NCBI GenBank assembly: GCA_016781505.1 | Contig: JADDQF010000064.1 | Coordinates: 3,292-67,291 of the forward strand | Direction of reading: 5' to 3' | DNA length: 64,000 nt | Origin: a bacterium | GTDB lineage: Bacteria > Chloroflexota > Chloroflexia > Chloroflexales > Kallotenuaceae | Shown here: positions 19,867 through 27,706 of the stretch, in pieces | Position numbering within the stretch: the first letter of the stretch is position 1 | How the letters are laid out: each line of letters begins with the position of its first letter | Position numbers and translations under genes: made by a program | The notes under the pieces: generated by a model | Databases searched by the model: none | Told to the model about the DNA's origin: nothing | The model's input: the letters and a program-made list of their open reading frames with translations, nothing else

Positions 19867-21285
19867 ATGGCGTTTCAGCCTTTGAAGCTGCTTTTTTATC
19901 TGATTGCCGCCGCGTTTGAAACGCTGCTGCTGCATCTTGGCGCGTCGCTGATCTCGATCGCGTTTGCCGGTGCGGCGACGCTCAGTTGGCCCGTGCTGCT
20001 GGTTATTGCTCTCCTGGCGGCGTGGACCACCGTCCGGTTCGCATCCATTGACGACTCCAACGCTGGTCGGTCCCGGCCGATATCCTTGATCCTTGCAGCG
20101 GTTGTCGTGGTGTACGGAGCTAAGCTACAAGCTGGCGGCGGCTGGAGCTTATTTGGGGGCTGGAGCGTGCTTGCTCCGTTCGGCGCTCTTGATTCCAACC
20201 AGTCGCTTGGTGCGCCAGCGCTGGTGATTGTCTGTCTTGCCGCGTGGTGGCGGGGAATGGTCTTGCTTGACCATGACCATAGCACGTTGTTGGTTGTACT
20301 CCAGCGTGGTCTGCTTGGCCTTGTGTTGCTGGTGCTGCTGCTTACGCCTGTAAGCGTAACCAACTTGGGAGCGCCGCCGTGGGGCCAGCTGCTGGCGCTT
20401 GAAGCAATGCTCGTGGTTGGCTCCGGTTTAGCCAGCTTAGCCCTCGCGCGCATCGCCAGCGAAGCGCAAGCACAGTCCACGCGCGGCGCCTGGCATTGGT
20501 TACGGTCCAGCCTGGGCACAACCTTGGCCTTGATGGTCGTTGGCACGTTGCTGCTCAGCCTGGTGTCGAACTCAGCGACCAGTGTGGTGCGCGTGGTGGC
20601 CGCGGCGATTGGCGCATTGGCTGCGCTGATTGCCGCGCCGCTTGTGTTCCTGATTGCCCAGCTGTGGCACCTCATCAGGCCGGAGAGCCGAACGATTGTC
20701 TTGCCGATGCCTTCCTCGTCCAGCGTGCCTGGGATAGAAGGGCAGTTCCCGAATGGCGACACGTCGCCCCAGCTCCTAGATTTCGTAGCCATCCTGGTGA
20801 CAGCAGCGCTGTATGTGCTGCCCCTGCTCGCGCTGATCGTGCTGATCATCCTGTTTCGCCGCCAGCAGCGCAAACCTATCGTCGAAGACGGCGAGCTGCA
20901 TGAGTCTTTGTGGAGTTGGCAAGGGGTGAAGGCCGATCTGCTCAGCCTGCTCAACGGTCTGCGGCCAAAACCACAAACAAGCCTCCGCGACGTGTTAGCT
21001 CGGCTGCGCGCGGATGATCCCGTACAACGTATTCGCCGTCGCTATGTGGAGCTCCTGCTGGTGGGCGAGGCGGCACAACGTGAGCGCTTGCCCCAACAAA
21101 CCCCGCTTGAGCACGAAACAGCCTTAGCCGCCGTATTGCCAGGCGCTAAAGGGGACCTGCACGCGCTCACGCTTGCCTACGACCGCGCGCGTTATGCCCC
21201 AGACTTGATCGATGCGGCTGATGCTGTCGCTGCTGACCGCGCATGGTCAACCATCCAAGCCCAAGCCAACAAGGAGAATCGTTGA
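19867..21285 (+). CDS. Polytopic membrane protein with C-terminal DUF4129-like domain
   Basis: Many TM helices. C-terminal IRRRY..L...R...TPLE...LT.AY.RARY. Confidence 0.75.
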   Translation: MAFQPLKLLFYLIAAAFETLLLHLGASLISIAFAGAATLSWPVLLVIALLAAWTTVRFASIDDSNAGRSRPISLILAAVVVVYGAKLQAGGGWSLFGGWSVLAPFGALDSNQSLGAPALVIVCLAAWWRGMVLLDHDHSTLLVVLQRGLLGLVLLVLLLTPVSVTNLGAPPWGQLLALEAMLVVGSGLASLALARIASEAQAQSTRGAWHWLRSSLGTTLALMVVGTLLLSLVSNSATSVVRVVAAAIGALAALIAAPLVFLIAQLWHLIRPESRTIVLPMPSSSSVPGIEGQFPNGDTSPQLLDFVAILVTAALYVLPLLALIVLIILFRRQQRKPIVEDGELHESLWSWQGVKADLLSLLNGLRPKPQTSLRDVLARLRADDPVQRIRRRYVELLLVGEAAQRERLPQQTPLEHETALAAVLPGAKGDLHALTLAYDRARYAPDLIDAADAVAADRAWSTIQAQANKENR

Positions 21286-22475
21286 TGCCTCGTTCCATCC
21301 CATTCGTTCGTCTTACGCTGTTGCCGCTCCTGGTTACAACGCTTGCCGCCTGTGGCGGCACACCCACTGTGCCGGATCAACCGGTCGCTGCAATAGCCCC
21401 AACCGTTGTTCCGGCCACTGCGGTGCCTAGCCCAACTGCCAGCCCGACGGCTGCTCCCTCGCCAACAACGGCTCCCACAACCGTTCCAACGCCGACCACT
21501 GAGCCAACCGCCATACCAACGCCGACTGCCGAGCCGACCACAATATCAACGCCGACACCTCAACCAGACGTGAGTGTGGTTACTGGCGAGGGTAGTTTTG
21601 CGCGCGGGAATATCCGGCAGCGCCCCTGGATGGTCATGATCGATAATCATCCAGACGCATATCCCCAATCTGGTTTGAACAAAGCCGCGGTTGTGTTTGA
21701 AGGTCTCGCCGAATATGGCGTGACACGTTTTATTGGGGTATTTCAGGATGGCGTGACCGAGGACGTTGGCGAGATCGGGCCCGTCCGCTCAACCCGGCTC
21801 TATTTCGCACAGTGGGCGATGGGCTTTCATCCGGTCTACGCCTATGCCGGCGGCAGTCCTGATGGCGTGAAGCTCGCGGAAACAACCGACCAGTTCATCA
21901 AATTTGATGCGCTGCGGCAGCCCAAGTACACCTGGCGCGATCGCAAGCGGGTGGCACCTCACAACCTGTACACCAGTTCCAGTCTGCTGCGTGCGTTTGC
22001 TGAAGATAAGCAGGTTGCTGTGTTTAATGATGCAAGTGTTGGTTATCTGTTCGACAACTCGACGCCAGCCTCACCCCCCACGGTTAACGGCTTGGATTAT
22101 TTCTTCCTTGACCAGCGTTCGCGCGCCGGGTTCTCCTATGACCAGGCGACCAATGGCTACTATCGTTCCATGCGTGGACACCCCCATATCGATCGGGTAA
22201 CAGGCCAGCGCCTGTGGACGCGCAATGTGGTGGTGATGCAGGTCACGGAAGCCGCCCGGCCCGGTGACGAAAAACGCCGGATCGATCAGGCTGTGGTTGG
22301 CAGTGGTCCGGCACGCGTGTTCAATGGCGGTCGCAGCGTAGACGTTACCTGGCGCAAAACAGATGCGGCCTCACCTCTCCGCTTCTACGATGCCGACGAC
22401 AACGAAATCGTCTTCGCCGAGGGTCCGATCTGGATCGCTGCTATCCCGGCGCTTAGCCGCCTCACACAACGCTAA
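21285..22475 (+). CDS. DUF3048 domain lipoprotein
   Basis: Lipobox LAAC, Pro/Thr linker, RPWMVMIDNHP.A.PQSGL, GPVRSTR, APHNLY. TGATG overlap with the upstream gene. Confidence 0.88.
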   Translation: MPRSIPFVRLTLLPLLVTTLAACGGTPTVPDQPVAAIAPTVVPATAVPSPTASPTAAPSPTTAPTTVPTPTTEPTAIPTPTAEPTTISTPTPQPDVSVVTGEGSFARGNIRQRPWMVMIDNHPDAYPQSGLNKAAVVFEGLAEYGVTRFIGVFQDGVTEDVGEIGPVRSTRLYFAQWAMGFHPVYAYAGGSPDGVKLAETTDQFIKFDALRQPKYTWRDRKRVAPHNLYTSSSLLRAFAEDKQVAVFNDASVGYLFDNSTPASPPTVNGLDYFFLDQRSRAGFSYDQATNGYYRSMRGHPHIDRVTGQRLWTRNVVVMQVTEAARPGDEKRRIDQAVVGSGPARVFNGGRSVDVTWRKTDAASPLRFYDADDNEIVFAEGPIWIAAIPALSRLTQR

Positions 22476-22584
22476 CACTCCCCGGCTACCGCAAACCAGC
22501 GGGTGATGTTGATGCCGGTATCGCCCGCTATGTTACTCGGATAATCTTCGCTCCAACGTCTAGCAGCTTATACTCCTGCAAAAC

Positions 22585-22625
22585 GGAACACCCCTGCCAC
22601 GAATGGATCGTGGCAGGGGTGTTCC
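22585..22625. terminator. Intrinsic terminator between convergent genes
   Basis: Perfect 18-bp stem GGAACACCCCTGCCACGA/TCGTGGCAGGGGTGTTCC, followed by GTTTT on the minus strand. Confidence 0.8.
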
Positions 22626-22644
22626 ATATCAAGGGGAAGCAGCG

Positions 22645-23325
22645 CTACGGCATCGCGCCGAAATCAAGCGGATTGACGTTTGTGCCGTCCTGCCAGATAT
22701 GATAATGCAGATGCGGGCCGCTCGAATTGCCTGTCGAGCCCATGTAGGCGATCAGGTCGCCGCGCTGCACAGTTTGCCCATCCTGTACCGCAAACTCCTT
22801 CAAGTGCCCATAGCCAACCTTGAAGTGCTCATTCTTGATCCACAAATGATTGCCCGCCGGCACTGAGTTCGGATCAAGCTCGATCACACCGCTCATCGTG
22901 GCATACAGTGGCGCGCCCATCGAGCCCCCTGGATCGGCATTGCCATCGCCATCGCCATCAACGGCAATGTCGATCCCGCCCCACACGGCAGCGGGCGTGT
23001 GACTGCCTACGCCATAGCCCTGGGTCATCACCGCGCGGGTCGTATCGGTCGGATTGCCCCACGGGGTGTCTTGAGCGTGCGGATCGGAGGCTAGGCCGGT
23101 GCTTTGAGGGCTATTTTGCTTGCTGAAAAGGCCACTGAGTGCAGCTTGCTGCGGCGCCTTGGTCCCGCCCACCGCATTTTGCGCCATGGAAGTGTCGCCA
23201 CTCCAACCACTGATGACCGGACCGGAAGCGCTGCTGCCGGCGAACATAAACCACAGCGTAACCACCGCAATGCCGATGACTAGCCACGGTGGCACCCGAT
23301 GCTCGCTCAAGCGGTTGAAGTCCAT
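22645..23325 (-). CDS. Membrane-anchored M23 family metallopeptidase
   Basis: N-terminal TM, YGHL, VQRGDLIAYMGSTGNSSGPHLHY, VNPLDF. Confidence 0.88.
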   Translation of the reverse strand: MDFNRLSEHRVPPWLVIGIAVVTLWFMFAGSSASGPVISGWSGDTSMAQNAVGGTKAPQQAALSGLFSKQNSPQSTGLASDPHAQDTPWGNPTDTTRAVMTQGYGVGSHTPAAVWGGIDIAVDGDGDGNADPGGSMGAPLYATMSGVIELDPNSVPAGNHLWIKNEHFKVGYGHLKEFAVQDGQTVQRGDLIAYMGSTGNSSGPHLHYHIWQDGTNVNPLDFGAMP

Positions 23326-23331
23326 GGCCGC

Positions 23332-23982
23332 CTACTTTCCTTGCCAGCTTTGTACGAGGTTTTTAACGGCCTGTATATAAGCGGCTTCGTCGTTGTTGTC
23401 AGCCGCAGGAGCGTACTTGGGAATGATATCATCGACAGTGGTGCGCTGCCATTCGCCGATATATAGCTCGGCGATCAATTTGTACCAATCATCGATGCCT
23501 TGGCTCCAGCTGTCGTAGTCGCGGAAGCGACCATAGCAGCGCCAGCCGTCGGTGCAGATGATGTTGCCGATATTATGGGTATATGCTCCGTCGGCTTTAC
23601 GACCAGCCCAGGCTAGGTTCGAGCCGGCGCCGGACTCGTGAATAAAAAAGGCAAGGCAGATGGCCGGGTTGATGCCATACTTAACGCCTAGATCGTAGAT
23701 CTCTTGCCCGTGGCCTTGCGCCGGTGAGTTGTATTCTTGCAAAACTGCTTCGATCTGCGCCACGGTGATCGTGGGTGCGCCCAGCACGGATAGGTTGAAA
23801 GGATTAACCTTAACCGGTATCTTGGCAGCCAGTGCCGGCTGGCCGGCAAGTGGTGCAAGCGGCGTGAACGCCTGCGCCAGCCTTGGCGCGGTTGACAGAA
23901 CCTGGCGGGGTGCTGCGGGCATCAAAAGATAGATGATCAGTATCGCCGCCAGGCCGATACCGATCTGCTGCCCGCGTGTCAT
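23332..23982 (-). CDS. Glucosaminidase (GH73-like) domain protein
   Basis: N-terminal TM/signal, KYGINPAICLAFFIHESG (putative catalytic Glu), HNIGNI, FRDYDSW..GI, IIPKYAP. Confidence 0.8.
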   Translation of the reverse strand: MTRGQQIGIGLAAILIIYLLMPAAPRQVLSTAPRLAQAFTPLAPLAGQPALAAKIPVKVNPFNLSVLGAPTITVAQIEAVLQEYNSPAQGHGQEIYDLGVKYGINPAICLAFFIHESGAGSNLAWAGRKADGAYTHNIGNIICTDGWRCYGRFRDYDSWSQGIDDWYKLIAELYIGEWQRTTVDDIIPKYAPAADNNDEAAYIQAVKNLVQSWQGK

Positions 23983-24509
23983 TGTTGCGCTCCAACAAGC
24001 TGCTGGCGTTCGTCGTCGGTGATGAGGCGAAAGGTGTCACCTGTATTAACGTAGATAATCTCTTCGTTCTTCACCGCAATCACGAGGTCGCCTTTTTTGT
24101 CGTTGTTGACATCTTGCACCCGCAACAGCACGGGTGTCAGATGTTCATTCGCCCCAAACAGGTACGGCCCTTGCAGCGTCTGGGCTTTGCTGCTGTCGCC
24201 GCCTGGTAGTTCGATCACCACTACGCGCCGGTTCAGGTTCATGGCCACGAAATGGGATGGCTGGCCCGGCCGCTCGTTGTGCCCAACATATTCGCTTAGC
24301 TGCATCGTCCGTGGGCGGCCATACCGCAGATCGTCGAGCCACAGTTGGCCCCGCCCCAGTGCCAAATTAAGCAAGATCACCCCAAACAGAATCAGGCCGC
24401 CAATCCGGAGGTACTGACGATCAACCTGCACCTGTGGCCACTGGATGCGTGGAGCAGCCACTGTATTCCCCGCTGGCTGCGGGTGCAGATCACGGCCGGT
24501 CACCGCCAT
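23979..24509 (-). CDS. Single-TM hypothetical protein
   Basis: GAGGAG RBS. TM followed by LDDLRYGRPRT and a beta-rich domain with DVNNDKKGD. Stop overlaps the next ATG (ATGA). Confidence 0.8.
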   Translation of the reverse strand: MAVTGRDLHPQPAGNTVAAPRIQWPQVQVDRQYLRIGGLILFGVILLNLALGRGQLWLDDLRYGRPRTMQLSEYVGHNERPGQPSHFVAMNLNRRVVVIELPGGDSSKAQTLQGPYLFGANEHLTPVLLRVQDVNNDKKGDLVIAVKNEEIIYVNTGDTFRLITDDERQQLVGAQQ

Positions 24510-24617
24510 AGCCTTTCTCCTCTACCTGTTCGTAACTCTTAACTCGCGTTTCGGTGAGCACTGGCAGAATGGCTAAGCCAAGAGCGAGCTACCAGTATGC
24601 TCAGTTGAAGTAGAACT

Positions 24618-24647
24618 ATTATATCCGAACATCCGTTCTACTGTCAA
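24618..24647 (-). promoter_or_regulatory. Consensus sigma-70 promoter with LexA (SOS) box in the spacer
   Basis: Minus strand reads TTGACA gtAGAACggatGTTCGga TATAAT. Box at 24626-24639. Confidence 0.8.
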
Positions 24648-24912
24648 GCGCCAGGTAGAAGAGCTAACGGTGCGGTTCGGGCTGCCGGACTTCAAACCAT
24701 GAGTATTTTAACGAGTCTTGGATCACAAAGCAAGAACGCCGATAGTCCCCAGCCGCTGTGGGCCAGGCTGCCGGTTTACCTTGGAGCCCAGCTGGATGCA
24801 AGGCGCTGCCTGCACCCCCTCATGCCAAGCACCGCCGCCCACGCGTCGATGTAGTGATCAGCTGCGGCCCGCGTTCGACCGACCCTAGGCACAACATAGC
24901 ATTAAAAGCAGC

Positions 24913-24944
24913 GGACCTGATCCAGCTTAAGCTGGACCAGGTCC
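24913..24944 (-). terminator. Palindrome / probable terminator of the amidase gene
   Basis: GGACCTGATCCAGCTTAAGCTGGACCAGGTCC, 32 bp with one mismatch, about 60 nt past the stop and followed by GCTGCTTTT. Confidence 0.55.
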
Positions 24945-25005
24945 AATGGCGTTTGCCTCGTAGCTGCTACATTGTATGTTGAAGCCGTACCGTTGGAGCG
25001 TGAAT

Positions 25006-27399
25006 CTACCGGCGGATGGCTGGCATAAACACCCGCTCAAGCTGGAAGTTCGGGTCGACTTGGTATTGCACACGCGCGACGCTGCTGGTGTTGCCGTTGC
25101 CGTCGCCGTTGTCCCGCGCTTGGTATTCGACCGTATGCCAGCCGGACCCTAGCGACAGGGCGATCGGTCGCGCCGACGAAGGCTGCTGACTTCCGTTCAC
25201 CCAGATGTCCAACGCGCGCAGCCCCATACCCCCGAGGTCATCCGCAGCCACAATGATCTGTTGTCCCGGCCTGAAGCGGGTTCCGATGTGCTCGGCGACT
25301 GGGGGCGTGGGGATTTGCCCAAAGCTGCCGTCGCGCGGCCCGCGCCACGCATAACCTGCGTACGCGTCGCCGCCGTTCTCAAAGAACTTCACCGCGATCG
25401 TATGCAGTCCAGCCGTGAGATAGCGCGAGCCCTCGGCCGAGGTTGCGGGATGTAGCCCAACATTCTTGACAACTTCGGTCCCATCAACCCAGAGCCAGGC
25501 GCCGTCGTCATTGGTCAAGCGGAATGTGTACGTCCCATCGGCGGGTACATAAAACGGCCGCACCTGTCGAATAACGAACCGGTCACGCTGGCCAAGCGGT
25601 CCATCCGTACCCCAGTTTTGGTCGTTGCCGAGCCAGTTGAAGCTGCCGACGTACGCACCCTCGAGTGCGGAGAGCGGGTAGATCGTTCGCCCGAGCAGAC
25701 TATCGGGAACGGCTGTTAGCTGGTAGACACTGGCCTGCGGCTGCAAGTTGCCGTCAAACGTCGAAACCTGAGGCGCGCGCCGCTCGGGCACAACCGTGAT
25801 CGTTCCAACTCTGACATCGGTCCCGTTGCCGTCGCTTCCGTACTCTTTGATGTTCTCGTTGTTCAAGCTGGCTTTCAGCTGGTACGTCCCCGGGGTACGG
25901 AACCGGACATACCCCACGATTTTACGCGTCTCGTTGGGCTGAAGGGCTGCGCCCAACCCCCAACGCCAGCCGGAGTTGGCTAGACTGCCATCGGCGCAGC
26001 TTTGCGGCACACCGGGTGTGCCTTCCACGAACCCGAGCGTTACGCGCAGTCGGTTATCTATTTTCGGGTAGGCGGGATACGATGCTGAGCCATTGCCCAA
26101 AAAGCACTCCGCCTCGTCGTACACCCAACCAGTGCTTGGATTGCCCGGAATGCCGCCATCCGGCGCCTGAGTCTGATACGTTGCCGAGTCGGGGTTGCTG
26201 ATCGTGAACTCAACCGGGAGCGTTTCGCCGACCTCGACGGTGGTTTTCATCGCCACGGCAGCCGATAGCCGCGGTGTAGCCGTCGAGCTTCCTTGCCGCA
26301 CCAGCTGCATATAGTAGTTCCAATCCCAGTATGGCCCGGGATCGCTCTTGGTGCTCTTGAATTCCGAGTGCCCGACGATATGCGTGCGATCCATCGGAAT
26401 ATTGTACTTGAGCGCTATGTTGCGGGTAAGCGCTGCCGAGGCTCGATACATCGCGTCGGTGAACCACTTCGCTTCGGCCGCTTTCGCCTCGTGCTCGATG
26501 CCGATCGACCGTGGGTTCCAGCCCACGACGCCGGCGTGCCAGGCAATATCTGCCTCGCGCACCATTTGGGTGATATGCCCGTCGCTGGAGCGAATCACAT
26601 AGTGCGCGCTTACCTGTGAGCCGTTATATTGAAACCAGTTAATCGCGCTGGTATAAGAGCCTTCGGTGGTGTGGATCACGATCCGGTCGATTACATTGCC
26701 GTCATACGGGCGGTTCGCATTTTGGTAGTTACAGGTGCAGGCAGGTGTCCATACGGCCGGACCGTAATCAGCCGACTTAATGGTGATGGCATCAGCCCCC
26801 TCATATGGGCCGCGCTGCGGGTTCACCTGCTGGGCGGCGACGCTTAAGCTTTCCCCATCGTTGGAGGTGCCCGTAATGCCGGAAGCAAGGAAGTTAAAAA
26901 CTTCGTCGGCGTAGCGCTTCGCGACGGCTTTGTCGGCGGCATTGCTGTAGCGGGCAACCACTACGTACCACGCCCCCAGATCAGCCCGCGCTTCGTCGCT
27001 CAGCTCCGCTGCCTTGGCATACGAATCAAGCACGGCTGCACCGCCACGAATGTTCTGCACCATATCTTGTTTCAACTGATCGGCAGGAGCTCTCACCAGC
27101 TTAACGGCGAGCGGCAAAGTTTGCACTACGTCGTTGTCGACCAGATGCATCAAGCCATAGCCGTTGTCGATGCTGGGCTCGCCGGCATGGTCGTTCAGGC
27201 GCGTCTCGGCATACGCGATCGCCACAAGCAGGTCACGTGGCACATTCCATTCGCGGGCGGCATTCTCGAAGGCATCGGCGAGTGGTGTAGCCGAGCGTGG
27301 TTCGGCATGGGCGAGCGGGCGCGTGCCGGCAGCCAGCACCACAAGCACGGCACACAAGCAGAGCCATGTCGTAGCCTGTCTGGCATAAGCGCGGTGCAT
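25006..27399 (-). CDS. Secreted multidomain peptidoglycan hydrolase: lysozyme/SLT-like + Amidase_2 + PA14
   Basis: Signal peptide. VPRDLLVAIAYAET..GYGLMHL..NIRGGAAVL (SLT-like). IVIHTTEG, SAHY, AWHAG, SIGIEHE, IVGH, SDPG (amidase). GTYTFRLTNDDGAWLWVDG (PA14). AAGGAG RBS. Confidence 0.85.
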   Translation of the reverse strand: MHRAYARQATTWLCLCAVLVVLAAGTRPLAHAEPRSATPLADAFENAAREWNVPRDLLVAIAYAETRLNDHAGEPSIDNGYGLMHLVDNDVVQTLPLAVKLVRAPADQLKQDMVQNIRGGAAVLDSYAKAAELSDEARADLGAWYVVVARYSNAADKAVAKRYADEVFNFLASGITGTSNDGESLSVAAQQVNPQRGPYEGADAITIKSADYGPAVWTPACTCNYQNANRPYDGNVIDRIVIHTTEGSYTSAINWFQYNGSQVSAHYVIRSSDGHITQMVREADIAWHAGVVGWNPRSIGIEHEAKAAEAKWFTDAMYRASAALTRNIALKYNIPMDRTHIVGHSEFKSTKSDPGPYWDWNYYMQLVRQGSSTATPRLSAAVAMKTTVEVGETLPVEFTISNPDSATYQTQAPDGGIPGNPSTGWVYDEAECFLGNGSASYPAYPKIDNRLRVTLGFVEGTPGVPQSCADGSLANSGWRWGLGAALQPNETRKIVGYVRFRTPGTYQLKASLNNENIKEYGSDGNGTDVRVGTITVVPERRAPQVSTFDGNLQPQASVYQLTAVPDSLLGRTIYPLSALEGAYVGSFNWLGNDQNWGTDGPLGQRDRFVIRQVRPFYVPADGTYTFRLTNDDGAWLWVDGTEVVKNVGLHPATSAEGSRYLTAGLHTIAVKFFENGGDAYAGYAWRGPRDGSFGQIPTPPVAEHIGTRFRPGQQIIVAADDLGGMGLRALDIWVNGSQQPSSARPIALSLGSGWHTVEYQARDNGDGNGNTSSVARVQYQVDPNFQLERVFMPAIRR

Positions 27400-27706
27400 A
27401 AGGGAACTCCTTCCGTTGACCATAGTGAGCATGTTTGATGTTCGGGCGCAACAGTTGCCGGTGTTGGTCTGCATGTACCCGACGCCGCTGCTGTTGTTCC
27501 TGGTCCTGCGTTCAAAGCCGTGCGTCTGGCGGCGCCATACCTACATGCTTCCGCGCGGCTAGCTCCCTTGGCTGCACGCGTTCCCAAACAAGGGGGGTGA
27601 GGACGTGTGAGCAGATCGCCAGCGGGTGTGGCTGCGAGCGGCAACCGGCAAGGAAGATACCATTCCCAGCTGTGCAAGAAAATTGTTCTGGGTTACTGAA
27701 TGATGA

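Noticed and set aside
24676..24700. GGACTTCAAA resembling a tRNA-Sec anticodon arm
   Set aside because: No acceptor stem, T-arm or CCA end in the right positions.
22645..27399. Hydrolase cluster as a prophage lysis cassette or ICE remnant
   Set aside because: No holin, structural, integrase, relaxase or VirB4 genes nearby, and the genes are intact. An ancient mobile origin cannot be excluded.
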